DNA of 64,000 bases from Longimicrobiales bacterium (GCA_965249725.1 OZ252251.1:192001-256000); one strand, 5' to 3'; positions 30,426 through 41,295 are shown, numbered from the stretch's first letter. The notes: a model not told the origin generated them from the sequence alone. Made by a program: numbers and translations.

Positions 30426-31115
30426 ATGAGCATGGACGAGACTCCAGAGGCGGCGGCGGCGTTTCCGGGTCTGCTCAACCGCTTTGTACAGGTCTTCGTG
30501 TCTCCGGGTGCCCTGTTCGATCGGCTCGTCGAGCGGCCCGTATGGGGCGGGGCCATGGCTCTGGGGGCTGGTTTGGTGTTGTTGGGTGTGGCCTTCTTGC
30601 CGCCCGAACTCTATCTGGCTGAGGTCCGGCAGAGCTTTCTCGAGAGGGGACAGCCCGTTCCGCCCGGCATCGACAACAGCGTGGGGCTCATCCGCTTCGG
30701 CGGCGCGGCGGCGGCGGTCGTCTCCTGGGGGGTCCTCATGGCGGCCTTCGCCGGCCTGGTTACGTTCGTGTTCGCGTTCATCATGGGTGACGAGGGCACC
30801 TACCGTCAGTATCTGGCCGTGTTGGTGCACGCCCAACTCATCGCCGCCGTGTCCGGTCTGGTCGTATTGCCCCTTAAGGTCATGGCCGGTGACCTCAGGT
30901 TGCTGCTCTCTCTCGGCACCTTCGCCTTCTTCTTGGAGGACGGTTACGTCTTTCGCTTTCTGAGCCTGCTGGACTTGTTCAGTCTTTGGGGCTGGATGGT
31001 GGTGGGGATCGGTGCGGCCAAGATCGGCCGCCGAGAGGCCTGGGTCCCGGCTGCATTAGGCCTGCTCGTCATTCCCGTCGGCCTAGCGGCGCTCATCGCG
31101 ATCTTCAACGGGTGA
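30426..31115 (+). CDS. Yip1-family membrane protein
   Basis: VFVSPGALFDRL..RP motif, about 5 TM segments, LDLFSLW. Confidence 0.75.
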   Translation: MSMDETPEAAAAFPGLLNRFVQVFVSPGALFDRLVERPVWGGAMALGAGLVLLGVAFLPPELYLAEVRQSFLERGQPVPPGIDNSVGLIRFGGAAAAVVSWGVLMAAFAGLVTFVFAFIMGDEGTYRQYLAVLVHAQLIAAVSGLVVLPLKVMAGDLRLLLSLGTFAFFLEDGYVFRFLSLLDLFSLWGWMVVGIGAAKIGRREAWVPAALGLLVIPVGLAALIAIFNG

Positions 31116-32953
31116 CGGACGCTAGGCAGAGCTTGGCGCGCCGAGCCATCGTTGCCGTGGCGGCGGCGGCAGCACTCTTCCACCTCTACGCCGCCGGATT
31201 CTCTCCGTTCACCGCGCTCGTGCAACGACCGGTGCACCTGGCGTTTATGGCCGCTCTGGGATTCCTCGGGGTCGGCATCCGCTCCTCGGGAGCGTCCCGG
31301 GAGGGACGCCCGAGGCGACGGTTCCAGGCGGCGATCTCGTGGGTCTTGGGGACCACGGTCGTGGCCTCCTGTATCTATCTCGTCACGCAGCATGAAGTGC
31401 TCGTGCTGCGATCGGGTGCTCCCACGCCGGTGGATCTGATCGGGGGCATCGTGACCATCGTGGTCATCCTCGAGCTCGCCCGCCGCTTCAACGGGTGGGG
31501 GCTGGTCGCGGTCTGTGTGATGGCGTTGGTCTATGCCGTAACGGGGCCCTACCTGCCCGGCGTACTCGCCCACAGGGGATACGGCTTGACCCGTCTCGTG
31601 GAGCACCTCTACCTGTCCACGGAAGGGATCTGGGGGATTCCGCTGGGCGTCTCCGCCGATTTCGTCTACCTCTTCGTTCTCTTCGGGGCGGTGCTCGATG
31701 TGGCCGGTGGAGGAGTCCTGCTCATAAGCCTCGCCGACCGCGTCGCCGGGAATACCCGAGGTGGTCCCGCCAAGACGGCGGCCGTCGCGAGTGCCATCAT
31801 GGGGTCTCTGTCCGGGAGCGCCGTAGCCAACGTCGTGACCACGGGGACCTTCACCATTCCGCTCATGAAGCGCTCCGGCTTCAAGCCGTTCTTTGCCGGA
31901 GCGATCGAAGCGGCCGCCAGCACCGGAGGCCAGCTCATGCCTCCCATCATGGGGGCCGGAGCCTTCATTCTGGCCACTTGGACGAGCATTCCGTACACCA
32001 AGGTGGCGTTGGCGGCAGCCGTCCCGGCCGCCCTCTACTACGTGGCCCTCCTAATGGCCATCCACTTCCGCGCCGGCAAGATGGGGCTCGAACCGTCCGG
32101 GGGCGTCGGAGCGGAGCCGGTGTTGTCGCGCATCCACCTTCTGACGCCGCTCGTGGTCATCATCGCGGTACTGGTGCTTGGACGCTCTCCCATGCGGGCT
32201 GCGTTCTGGGGTGTCGTGTCGGCCTGGGCGGTGACGTGGCTCCGAAGAGACACCCGCCTCGGAACGGAGCCGTTGAAGAGAGCGCTGGAGTCGGGTGCGA
32301 GAGGGTCCGTGCAGGTGGCTGTGGCCTGCGCCGCCGCGGGCATCGTGGTCGGCGTGGCTTCGCTCACGGGCATCGGCCTGCGTATGTCGGAGCTGATCGT
32401 CACCCTCTCGAGGGGGAACCTACTCGGTGCCTTGGGACTCACTGCCGTCGGCTCGATCGTGCTGGGCATGGGTCTTCCGACGACCGCGGCATATGTCGTC
32501 CTGGCCGCGCTCGGGGCACCGGCTCTGACTCAACTCGGCGTCCCGCTCTTGTCGGCCCACCTCTTCATCTTCTACTTCGGCTGTATCTCGAACGTCACGC
32601 CGCCCGTTTTCCTCGCGGCATACGCCGCAGCGGGCATCGCCGATGCACCCGCCATGAAGACGGCGGTCACGGCCATGCTCCTCGCGGGGGCGGGGTTCAT
32701 CGTGCCGTTCATGTTCGTGTACGTGCCGGAGCTCCTTCTCGAAGGCACGTGGTGGGCGATCGCCCAGGCGTTCGTCACGGCCACAGCCGGAGTGACGGCT
32801 CTCGCCGCGGCGGGAGTGGGTTTCGGACGCCGAGATCTGGTCCTCTGGGAGAGGATCGTTCTCGGCGTAGCCGCGTTTGCCCTCATGATGCCGGGGCTGG
32901 CCAGCGACGGGGTTGGGGTGCTGGCTCTGGCCGTTATCCTCTCGAGGAAGTAG
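31112..32953 (+). CDS. TRAP transporter fused permease (4TM/12TM, TAXI type)
   Basis: GTG overlapping upstream stop; GGPAK, SGSAVANV..TGTFTIPLMK, ASTGGQLMPPIMGA, GMGLPTTAAY, VTPPV. Confidence 0.92.
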   Translation: MTDARQSLARRAIVAVAAAAALFHLYAAGFSPFTALVQRPVHLAFMAALGFLGVGIRSSGASREGRPRRRFQAAISWVLGTTVVASCIYLVTQHEVLVLRSGAPTPVDLIGGIVTIVVILELARRFNGWGLVAVCVMALVYAVTGPYLPGVLAHRGYGLTRLVEHLYLSTEGIWGIPLGVSADFVYLFVLFGAVLDVAGGGVLLISLADRVAGNTRGGPAKTAAVASAIMGSLSGSAVANVVTTGTFTIPLMKRSGFKPFFAGAIEAAASTGGQLMPPIMGAGAFILATWTSIPYTKVALAAAVPAALYYVALLMAIHFRAGKMGLEPSGGVGAEPVLSRIHLLTPLVVIIAVLVLGRSPMRAAFWGVVSAWAVTWLRRDTRLGTEPLKRALESGARGSVQVAVACAAAGIVVGVASLTGIGLRMSELIVTLSRGNLLGALGLTAVGSIVLGMGLPTTAAYVVLAALGAPALTQLGVPLLSAHLFIFYFGCISNVTPPVFLAAYAAAGIADAPAMKTAVTAMLLAGAGFIVPFMFVYVPELLLEGTWWAIAQAFVTATAGVTALAAAGVGFGRRDLVLWERIVLGVAAFALMMPGLASDGVGVLALAVILSRK

Positions 32954-33013
32954 CTATTGTCCCGTTACCATGGGGACAACGGGACTACAGATCTGGGGGA
33001 CAGTATCGAGTCG

Positions 33014-33976
33014 ATGAAGCGCATTATGAGCGGAAGCCCGGCCCGTGGCATGCTGTTCGGCACTCTGGTCCTGCTCGGGGTGGCGTGCGGAGGCGAGGGC
33101 GCCGGCGCACGCCGGTTCTTGAGCATCGGAACGGCAGGAACGGGGGGCATCTACTATCCGCTCGGGGGGGCCATGGCCAGCCTCATGTCGCTCGCGGACT
33201 CGACCCGGACGTACACCGCCGAGGTCACCGGCGGAGCGGTGGAGAATATCAACCGGATCCGGGCGGGACAGATCGATCTCGCGTTCTCAACCGCCAATTC
33301 GATCTACGAAGCGTACTTCGGCAGCCCGGACTTCGGCGACCCCATGGAGGACCTGCGGATCGTTGCGCCGCTCTACCCGAACTTCACGCACATTCTCGTC
33401 TCCGCCGATTCCGAGGCACGATCGGTCGAGGACTTCAGGGGCCTCAAGGTCTCGGTGGGTGCGCCGGGAAGCGGAACGGAGCAGATGTCGCGGCGGGTCC
33501 TCGAGGTACACGGCCTGACCTACGACGACGTGGACGTACGGTACCTGACCTTCAACGAGTCCGCCGGGGCGCTGAAGGACCGCGCGATCGATGCCGCGAT
33601 CATCAGCGTGGGGTATCCCGCCGCGGCCATTCTCGAGGCGACCACCACAGGTGGGGTACGCCTGCTTCCGATGGCCGGCGACCGCATTCAGGAGCTCATG
33701 GATCTCTATCCGTACTTCGCTGCGGGCGAGATTCCCGCTGGTGTATATCCCGGTGTGGACGAGACCCTCCAGACGGCGGTGCTGCTCAATTGGGTCGTCG
33801 CACCCGAGAGGCTGGCGAACGACGTCGTGATGAGCGTGCTGCACGTTCTGACCGAGGAGCGCGACGCCATCGAGCGAGTCCATAACATGGCCCGCCAGAT
33901 CGATCTCGACTTCCTGCAGAATCCCCCCATTCCCCTACATCGGGGCACGGAGCAATGGTGGATCGAGGGGCGCTGA
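33014..33976 (+). CDS. TAXI-family TRAP solute-binding protein
   Basis: SIGTAGTGGIYYPLG, TGGAVEN, GAPGSGTE, IPLHRG; lipobox-like LGVAC; start uncertain (32957-33050). Confidence 0.9.
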   Translation: MKRIMSGSPARGMLFGTLVLLGVACGGEGAGARRFLSIGTAGTGGIYYPLGGAMASLMSLADSTRTYTAEVTGGAVENINRIRAGQIDLAFSTANSIYEAYFGSPDFGDPMEDLRIVAPLYPNFTHILVSADSEARSVEDFRGLKVSVGAPGSGTEQMSRRVLEVHGLTYDDVDVRYLTFNESAGALKDRAIDAAIISVGYPAAAILEATTTGGVRLLPMAGDRIQELMDLYPYFAAGEIPAGVYPGVDETLQTAVLLNWVVAPERLANDVVMSVLHVLTEERDAIERVHNMARQIDLDFLQNPPIPLHRGTEQWWIEGR

Positions 33977-35124
33977 GCTGTCAGAGGGAGGCCTTCAGCC
34001 TTCCCGACGGGTCCCACTACCTCAACTGCGCTTACTTCGGCCCGCTGCCGAAGGTCACGGAAGAGGCCGGGATCACCGGAGTCCGTCAGAAGCGGGCCCC
34101 CATGCTGGTGCATCCTCCCGACTTCTTCACGAACAGTGATCGAGTGCGCGAACTCTTCGCTCGTTTGGTCCACGCGTCCGATCCAAACTCGATCGCGATC
34201 ATCCCCTCGGCCTCGTACGGCGTTGCGGTAGCGGCTCGCAACATCCCTGTGGAGCGGGGGCAGAACATCGTCCTGCTGGATGAGGCATTCCCCGGCAACG
34301 TCTATGCTTGGCGGCGGAAAGCCGAGGAGGCGGGGGCCCACATCCGGACCATCGCTCCACCCGACACGGCATGTCGCGGGGCCGCGTGGAACGAGCGCCT
34401 GCTCGATGCGATCGACGCGGACACCGCCGTGGTCACGGCGCCTCACGTGCACTGGACCGACGGCACCGTCTTCGATCTCGTGGCGATCGGTGCCCGTGCG
34501 AGGGAGGTGGGCGCCGCCCTCATCGTAGACGGCACGCAGTCGGTGGGGGCCATGCCCTTCGATGTGCAGGAGGTTCAACCGGACGCCCTCATCGTCGCCG
34601 CGTATAAGTGGCTTCTCGGACCCTATTCGACCGGGGCGGCCTACTTCGGCCCACGCTTCGAGGGCGGAGTCCCCCTCGAAGAGACCTGGATCGGTCGCGA
34701 ACGGAGTGACGACTTCCAACACCTGGTGGAGTACGAGTCGACGTATCAGCCGGGTGCCATCCGCTACGACGTCGGGGAGAGATCTAACTTCATTCTCGTC
34801 CCCATGCTGGTCGCGTCCCTGGGCCTGGTCCTGGAGTGGACCCCGGCCGGGGTGCAGGACTACTGCCGGCGTCTCAGCGAACCACTCATCCGCGAATCGA
34901 TGGCCCTCGGGTTCTCGCTTGAGGAAGACGCGTGGCGGGGGGAGCACCTCTTCGGCATGCGCATGCCCGAGGGACTCGAGCTGGCCGCCCTCGAGGCGGA
35001 GCTGGAGGCTCGCAACATCTTCGTATCGCTGAGGGGGAGCGCACTGAGGGTGTCGCCTCACCTGTACAACGACGAGGACGACGTGGGGGCTCTCATCGAC
35101 GCACTGAAGGCGGCGGTCGCCTAA
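33955..35124 (+). CDS. Class V PLP-dependent aminotransferase / lyase
   Basis: YLNCAY, VHWTDG, VDGTQSVG, AAYKWLLGPY, LRVSPHLYN. Confidence 0.88.
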   Translation: MVDRGALSCQREAFSLPDGSHYLNCAYFGPLPKVTEEAGITGVRQKRAPMLVHPPDFFTNSDRVRELFARLVHASDPNSIAIIPSASYGVAVAARNIPVERGQNIVLLDEAFPGNVYAWRRKAEEAGAHIRTIAPPDTACRGAAWNERLLDAIDADTAVVTAPHVHWTDGTVFDLVAIGARAREVGAALIVDGTQSVGAMPFDVQEVQPDALIVAAYKWLLGPYSTGAAYFGPRFEGGVPLEETWIGRERSDDFQHLVEYESTYQPGAIRYDVGERSNFILVPMLVASLGLVLEWTPAGVQDYCRRLSEPLIRESMALGFSLEEDAWRGEHLFGMRMPEGLELAALEAELEARNIFVSLRGSALRVSPHLYNDEDDVGALIDALKAAVA

Positions 35125-35164
35125 AGGCCCTGTCGCTTGGACGAGGCGGCAGCCTAGCGGCCGC

Positions 35165-35635
35165 TTAGTTGACCCTCACGCCGGGCGGATCGAAGACCAC
35201 TTTCGCCTGGGCTCCCACACCGATGCCCTTCTCGGCGAACCAACCCTTCCGCACCTCGAGAGCGAACATCGCGGGGGCGGCGCTGCCGTGGAGATCCTCG
35301 GCCTGGGCCTCCATCTGCTGGATATCGACGATGCGGAAGTTCACGTCCAGGTAGGCGATGTCCAGCGCGATGTAGGTGTCCTTCATCCAGAATGAGCGAG
35401 GCGCCTCGCTCTCGAAGACGAAGAGCATGCCGGTGCCGTCCGGGACGGCGTCTCGGAACTGCAGTCCTCCGGCGCGCTCGGAGGGTGTGTCCATCACCTC
35501 GGCCAGAACCGTGTCGGCTCCGAAGACGATGACGGCCACGTCCGGCCGTGCCTCGAAGGCTCCGGGTGACAGGGTCGGCGATGTCGGGAGGATCCCCCAA
35601 GCCGCCGCCCCGCAGATGATCGCGAATGCCCTCAT
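35165..35635 (-). CDS. DUF192 family protein
   Basis: GLQFR, GMLFVF, FWMKDTYIALDIAY, ALEV..GWF. Confidence 0.88.
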   Translation of the reverse strand: MRAFAIICGAAAWGILPTSPTLSPGAFEARPDVAVIVFGADTVLAEVMDTPSERAGGLQFRDAVPDGTGMLFVFESEAPRSFWMKDTYIALDIAYLDVNFRIVDIQQMEAQAEDLHGSAAPAMFALEVRKGWFAEKGIGVGAQAKVVFDPPGVRVN

Positions 35636-35749
35636 TTCACTCCAATGAATGAGACTCCCCAAGCAAGGCCAATAATGGTAGGTTTTCGGACTGCATACCA
35701 ACCCGCTGAGCGGTCGCATTCAATACCGGTGCTCAACAAAGGCGTTCCA

Positions 35750-36007
35750 ATGGTCGATCCTGCGCTGCTGGAGATTCTGGTCTGCCCGGAAACGCGCCAA
35801 CCAGTGCGCCCCGCGGAGGCCGGCCTTCTGGAACGGCTCAACGAGGCCATTGGGGCCGGTGATGTGACCAACCGGGGCGGAGATGCAGTCGAAGATCCGG
35901 TAAACGAGGGCTTGATCCGAGAGGACGGGAAAGTGCTGTATCCGGTCCGTGAAGACATTCCGATCATGCTCATCGACGAAGCGATCGAGGTCGATCACTT
36001 GGGTTGA
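35750..36007 (+). CDS. Trm112-family protein
   Basis: LLEILVCPET...YPVREDIPIMLIDEA. Confidence 0.88.
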   Translation: MVDPALLEILVCPETRQPVRPAEAGLLERLNEAIGAGDVTNRGGDAVEDPVNEGLIREDGKVLYPVREDIPIMLIDEAIEVDHLG

Positions 36008-36057
36008 CGCTCTACCGCACGACGAAAACTGAGTACGAGCTAGCTAAGACTATACAT

Positions 36058-37209
36058 ATGAAGGTCCAAACATCGGCGCTGCGGGGGCTGCGGGCTACCT
36101 TGTTCAGCCCTAGGGCCGGGTATGCGCTCGGCCTGATCGCACTGGTTCTGGTTGCCGCCTGCCAAGGCGAGTACCCCCAGAACAGCCTCGACCCGAAGAC
36201 GGACTTCGCGGAGACGATCCACTCGCTTTATGTGAACGTCTTCTGGTGGACCATGGTCATTCTGGCGGTGGTCTGGTCGGTGCTCGCGTACATCGTGATC
36301 CGGTTCCGCGAGAACCCCGACCGGCCTGCTCCCAGGCAGATCCACGGCCATCTCGGCATGGAGATCGCCTGGACCATCGGCCCGGCCATTATCGTCGTGG
36401 CCATCGCGATCCCCACCATTCAGGCTGTCTTCCGGACCCAGACGCCGCCGCCCGCCGAAGACAACGCCCTAGTGGTGGAGGTGGTAGGGCATCAGTACTG
36501 GTGGGAGTACCGATATCCGGACCTCGGCGTATCGACCGCGAACGAGCTGCACCTCCCGGTGGGAAGGCCCATTACCCTGAAGATGTGGTCGGTGGACGTC
36601 ATCCACTCCTTCTGGGTGCCACAGCTGGGCGGCAAGCGGGACGTGAACCCGCTCCGCCGGGTCCCCGAGGGGCAGGAAGCCCGATACACCTGGTTGTACT
36701 TCACCATCAACGAAGAGGGCACGTTCCTGGGGCAGTGCGCCGAGTTCTGTGGTGAGGCGCATTCACTCATGCGTACTCGAGTCGTGGCGGAGTCCGAGGC
36801 CGAGTTCGACGATTGGGTCGATACGTGGCAGACGCCCGGACCCACTGCGGCCGCACCCGCGTTGGACCCTGAGACCGGGCAGCCGGCTCCCGCCGAAGAC
36901 CCGCAGATTGCGTTGGGCCGGACCGCTTTCTTCTCCACGACGTGCATCGCTTGTCACGCGGTCCAAGGCACGCCGGCCCAGGGCGTGATCGGGCCGAACC
37001 TGACGCGCCTCGGCGGCCGGAGCACCATCGGTGCGGGGCTTCTCGAGAACACCCGGGCCAATCTCGTGCGCTGGATCGCGACGCCACACGAGGTGAAGCC
37101 CGGGGTCCGTATGCCGGGTGCCCAGGTCGGCGGAGGAGGATTTCCTCCGACCAATCTGTCGGACGAGCAGGTCCAGGCGATCGCCACTTACTTGGGGAGC
37201 CTCCGATGA
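36058..37209 (+). CDS. ctaC: Cytochrome c oxidase subunit II with fused cytochrome c (caa3 type)
   Basis: Lipobox LVAAC, EIAWT, DVIHSFW, CuA CAEFCGEAHSLM, heme c CIACH...GPNLT...MP. Confidence 0.94.
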   Translation: MKVQTSALRGLRATLFSPRAGYALGLIALVLVAACQGEYPQNSLDPKTDFAETIHSLYVNVFWWTMVILAVVWSVLAYIVIRFRENPDRPAPRQIHGHLGMEIAWTIGPAIIVVAIAIPTIQAVFRTQTPPPAEDNALVVEVVGHQYWWEYRYPDLGVSTANELHLPVGRPITLKMWSVDVIHSFWVPQLGGKRDVNPLRRVPEGQEARYTWLYFTINEEGTFLGQCAEFCGEAHSLMRTRVVAESEAEFDDWVDTWQTPGPTAAAPALDPETGQPAPAEDPQIALGRTAFFSTTCIACHAVQGTPAQGVIGPNLTRLGGRSTIGAGLLENTRANLVRWIATPHEVKPGVRMPGAQVGGGGFPPTNLSDEQVQAIATYLGSLR

Positions 37210-39041
37210 GCGGCCACGGCTCGCACGACACGGGTCTGTGGAGTTGGATCACCACCGTCGATCACAAGCGGATCGGCGTCATGTACTTCATAGCCTCTCT
37301 GGTCTTCCTGGTCATCGGCGGCATCGAAGCGTTGATCATCCGGATCCAGCTGTGGGCTCCGGACGGCGACTTCGTCACCGCGGAGACATACAACCAGCTG
37401 TTCACCATGCACGGAACCACCATGATCTTCCTGGTGGCCATGCCCCTCGCTGTGGCGTTCTTCAACTATGTGGTGCCGCTGCAGATCGGAGCCCGGGACG
37501 TCGCTTTTCCACGAATGAACGCTTTGTCGTTCTGGATCTTCCTGCTCGGCGGGATCTTCCTGAACTCGAGCTGGTTGTTCGGGATGGCTCCGAACACCAG
37601 TTGGGTCGGGTATGCCAACCTCACGTCCAGTCAGTTCTCCCCGGGTAACAACGTCGACTTCTGGGTGCTCGGCCTCTCGATTCTGGGTGTGAGCTCGATC
37701 ATGGGTGGTGTGAATTTCATCACCACCATCGTCAACCTCAGGGCGCCGGGCATGAAGCTGATGCGCATGCCGCTCCTGACGTGGATGACGCTGGTCACCA
37801 GCTTCATCATCGTGACGGCCCTGCCGGTCATCGCGGTGGCGCTGATTCTCCTGCTCTTCGATCGGTTCTTCGGGGCGAACTTCTACGTGCCCACCGCGGG
37901 CGGTGATCCGGTTCTCTGGCAGCACCTGTTCTGGCTGTTCGGGCACCCCGAGGTCTACCTGCTGATCCTTCCGTCGTTCGGGATCATCTCCGACGTCATT
38001 CCGACCTTCTCGCGCAAACCGCTGTTCGGCTATCCCGTGGTCGTGTACGCCGGAATCCTGATCGGATTCATCGGCTGGGGCGTGTGGAGCCATCACATGT
38101 TCACGACGGGTCTCGGCCCCATCGCCGACGCCTTCTTCGTCGCCTCCACCATGATCATCGCAATCCCCACCGGCGTGAAGATCTTCAATTGGCTCGCGAC
38201 CATGTGGGGCGGTCAGATCCGATTTACGACCCCGATGCTCTATTGCATCGGTCTCATCGCCATATTCACGTTGGGTGGGTTGAGCGGGATCATGCACGCC
38301 TCGGCCCCTGTCGACCTGCAGCAGCACGATACCTACTTCGTGGTCGCGCACTTCCACTACGTGGTGGCCGGTGGAGTGCTGGCGGGCATGTTCGCGGGGA
38401 TCCACTACTGGTTCCCCAAGGTGACCGGACGGATGATGAGCGTCGCCTTGGGCAGGTTGAGCTTCTGGACCTACTTCATCGGGTTCAACCTCACGTTCTT
38501 CCCGATGCACATGAGCGGCATGTACGGCATGCCTCGCCGCACCTGGACCTACGCGGCCGAGCTCAACATTCAGGGGTTCAATCAGCTCTCCACCATCGGA
38601 GCGTTCGTGTTCGCGTTCAGCGCCCTGGTCATGGTCTGGAACATCGTCTGGAGCGCCCTCAGGGGAGCCGAGGCTGGGCCGAACCCGTGGGGGGCCTCGA
38701 CGCTGGAGTGGGCCATTCCGTCGCCGCCGCACCACTACAACTTCCCGGTGCTCCCGACCATCCGGAGCAGGGAGCCGCTGTGGCACGACGGGGAGAGGGA
38801 AGAGCTAGAGGCAGCCGTCAATGTGATCCCCGATGTCGAACCGCTCATGCCGAACGGGTCCTACTGGCCCATCCTGACGGCTCTGGGCGTGGCGGGTACT
38901 TGGGGATTGCTGCTGACCGATATCTGGTGGACCCCGTTGCTCGGGTTGGCCTACACCATGTTCTGTGTTTTCAAATGGGCGTTCGAAGATCCGTTCGCAT
39001 CGCCGGACGCGCCAACAAGGGATGATTCGATAGATGGCTGA
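37206..39041 (+). CDS. ctaD: Cytochrome c oxidase subunit I (A1 type)
   Basis: ATG overlapping ctaC stop; DHKRIG, TMHGT, GHPEVY, WSHHMF, VAHFHY, GMPRR. Confidence 0.96.
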   Translation: MSGHGSHDTGLWSWITTVDHKRIGVMYFIASLVFLVIGGIEALIIRIQLWAPDGDFVTAETYNQLFTMHGTTMIFLVAMPLAVAFFNYVVPLQIGARDVAFPRMNALSFWIFLLGGIFLNSSWLFGMAPNTSWVGYANLTSSQFSPGNNVDFWVLGLSILGVSSIMGGVNFITTIVNLRAPGMKLMRMPLLTWMTLVTSFIIVTALPVIAVALILLLFDRFFGANFYVPTAGGDPVLWQHLFWLFGHPEVYLLILPSFGIISDVIPTFSRKPLFGYPVVVYAGILIGFIGWGVWSHHMFTTGLGPIADAFFVASTMIIAIPTGVKIFNWLATMWGGQIRFTTPMLYCIGLIAIFTLGGLSGIMHASAPVDLQQHDTYFVVAHFHYVVAGGVLAGMFAGIHYWFPKVTGRMMSVALGRLSFWTYFIGFNLTFFPMHMSGMYGMPRRTWTYAAELNIQGFNQLSTIGAFVFAFSALVMVWNIVWSALRGAEAGPNPWGASTLEWAIPSPPHHYNFPVLPTIRSREPLWHDGEREELEAAVNVIPDVEPLMPNGSYWPILTALGVAGTWGLLLTDIWWTPLLGLAYTMFCVFKWAFEDPFASPDAPTRDDSIDG

Positions 39042-39627
39042 GGCGGTTGCCGCACAGGAGCACCACTACACCTCCACCGGCTTGGACAGCTGGAAGGTCG
39101 GCTTCTGGGCGTTCATGGGGTCGGAGTGTCTGTTCTTCGGAACGCTGATCACGACCTACATGGTGTACAAGGGAGCCAGCGTGACCGGCCCCTACCCGGA
39201 AGAGATCCTCAACATCCCGCTCACGAGTATCAGCACATTCGTGCTGCTCATGAGCTCGACGTCCATGGTGTTGGCATTGGACGCCGTGCGGCGGGGCAAC
39301 AAGAGGGCCACCCTCGGCTGGCTCGCCGGTGTGATCGTCCTGGGCTCCATCTTCCTGGGCTTCCAGGTCTACGAGTTCAACCACTTCGTACACGAGGGGC
39401 TTACGATCCAGCAGAACGTGTTCGGGTCGTCGTTCTTCGTGCTGACGGGTTTTCACGGGGCGCACGTCACGGTCGGCGTCATCTGGATGGCGACCCTGTT
39501 CGTACGAGGGCTTCAGGACAAGCTGCCGCCGGCCAAGGCACTCCAGGTCGAAATCGCGGGGCTGTACTGGCACTTCGTCGACATCGTCTGGATCGTGATC
39601 TTCACCCTCATCTACCTCATTCAGTAG
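39034..39627 (+). CDS. ctaE: Cytochrome c oxidase subunit III
   Basis: FMGSECLFF, TGFHGAHV, GLYWHFVDIVW. Confidence 0.94.
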   Translation: MAEAVAAQEHHYTSTGLDSWKVGFWAFMGSECLFFGTLITTYMVYKGASVTGPYPEEILNIPLTSISTFVLLMSSTSMVLALDAVRRGNKRATLGWLAGVIVLGSIFLGFQVYEFNHFVHEGLTIQQNVFGSSFFVLTGFHGAHVTVGVIWMATLFVRGLQDKLPPAKALQVEIAGLYWHFVDIVWIVIFTLIYLIQ

Positions 39628-39674
39628 AATGAGCTCAGTAGAATCAGCGGTCTGTTGTGAGCAGAGAGAGAGAC

Positions 39675-40010
39675 ATGAGTAGCGCTGAAGCCACGGCAAA
39701 CACAGAGCACGAAGGCGGACACGCCTCCGCCGGCTTCTACTGGATGATCGCAGGGATCCTCACGGTCATCACGGGAGTCGAGGTGGCCATCTTCTACATC
39801 GAGGCTCTCGCACCCGTTCTGGTTCCGGTCCTACTGGTCCTGTCCACGGTCAAGTTCGCGATGGTCGTCATGTTCTTCATGCACCTGAAGTCAGACAGCA
39901 AGGTCTTCACGGTGCTCTTCCTGGCGGGACTCTCCTTGGCGGTGTTCGTGGTAGTGATGATGATCATCCTCTACCAGTTCCTGCCGCAGTTCGACCTGAT
40001 CGGGGCTTAG
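39675..40010 (+). CDS. ctaF: Cytochrome c oxidase subunit IV family protein
   Basis: LTVITGVEV, KFAMVVMFFMHLK; three TM segments. Confidence 0.85.
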   Translation: MSSAEATANTEHEGGHASAGFYWMIAGILTVITGVEVAIFYIEALAPVLVPVLLVLSTVKFAMVVMFFMHLKSDSKVFTVLFLAGLSLAVFVVVMMIILYQFLPQFDLIGA

Positions 40011-40017
40011 ACCGCGC

Positions 40018-41295
40018 CTATCTCCCGGTTCCTTGGACGAGGAATCGGTTGGCGAAGAAGAGAACGTAGCCGCCGAGCAACGCGATGAGTGACCACATCA
40101 GGTGACTTCCTTCCGCGGAGACGAGAAGCCAAACGCAGATGAGCAATGCCGTCGCCGCCATGAGGTGGCCGGCCGGCGCACGGTACTGAATCTCTTCCGG
40201 CCTCTTCCGGTGTCGCAGGATCAGCAGCGCGATGCAGCTCATGATGTACTGGCCGATCCTCGCGATCGATGAGAGCACGGCCAGGACGACATACGTATTT
40301 CCGATCGTTAGGGCGTACGTCAGCGCGAAGCTCACCAGAACGGCGACGTGGGGAATATGCGCCTTGGACGACACACGCTTGAATACGGGCGGCAGATGTC
40401 CTTCCAGGGACATCGCATAGAGGTAACGCGGCGTGGCCAATGCGCAGCTCATGTTGACGCCGATGACGGAGAGCAGGATGCCGATGGCGATGAAGCGGCC
40501 GGCAGGGCCCATGAACGACAGAGCCGCGTCGGAAACAGGGCTCTCGGAGAGCGCGGCGTTCGGATAAACCCCGATCAGGACGACGAACACCGACAGAAGT
40601 AGAGCTCCACTCGTCAGGACGACGATGAACAGTGCTCGGGGGATGTTCTGTTTCGGATCCCGAGCCTCCCCGGCGACGACCGTCATCATCTCGAAGCCGA
40701 CCACGGCGAAGAAGATCACGAGCGTGGTTTCGCCGAGCCTCCCGACTCCTTGGGGCGCGAACGGGGTGAACTCCCCTGGGTCGATGTGAAACGCTCCCCA
40801 CCCGAGGAACACGAGCAAGGGGATGACCTTGAGCACCAGTACGACGTCCATCACCCTCGAGTTGGATGCCACATTCCCCAGGTTGAGCGCGAGAAGAAAC
40901 GCCAGGAATCCCGCGATCAGCACGGGTTCGGAGCCGCCCAGGGCCGGGAAGGCGGAGACCGCCGAGGTCGCGAAGATCACGACGAGCGCCGCGTTGGACG
41001 ACACTCTCGCCAGGTAGCCCAGCCACCCAACACCGAACGCGGCTGCGGGACCGAGGGTGGCGTGGGTGTAGAGAATCGGACCACCGGTCTCACTGAACTG
41101 GCTGCTCAACTCCGCGAAGCAGAACACGAGCAGCGCTGCGACCAAGAGGGCGGCCAGCACAGCGAGTACGGAGGCTGGCCCCATGATGGCCATGGCCTCG
41201 CCCGGGAGGAAGAAGATCCCCGAGCCGATCATGATATTGAAGCCGAAGCCAAGAAGTCCGATGAACGTCAGACTTCGTGACAGTCTCTCGCTCAC
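40018..41295 (-). CDS. APC-family amino acid permease
   Basis: MIGSGIFFLPG, FAELSS..ETGG, GFE....AGE..DPK.NIPRA. Confidence 0.9.
   Translation of the reverse strand: MSERLSRSLTFIGLLGFGFNIMIGSGIFFLPGEAMAIMGPASVLAVLAALLVAALLVFCFAELSSQFSETGGPILYTHATLGPAAAFGVGWLGYLARVSSNAALVVIFATSAVSAFPALGGSEPVLIAGFLAFLLALNLGNVASNSRVMDVVLVLKVIPLLVFLGWGAFHIDPGEFTPFAPQGVGRLGETTLVIFFAVVGFEMMTVVAGEARDPKQNIPRALFIVVLTSGALLLSVFVVLIGVYPNAALSESPVSDAALSFMGPAGRFIAIGILLSVIGVNMSCALATPRYLYAMSLEGHLPPVFKRVSSKAHIPHVAVLVSFALTYALTIGNTYVVLAVLSSIARIGQYIMSCIALLILRHRKRPEEIQYRAPAGHLMAATALLICVWLLVSAEGSHLMWSLIALLGGYVLFFANRFLVQGTGR

Noticed and set aside
31495..33885. 796-aa ORF and other long alternative or antisense ORFs (e.g. 7097-8335, 10575-11906, 37188-38786, 44019-45338)
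   Set aside because: Arg/Gly/Pro-rich shadow frames of well-supported genes, expected at high GC
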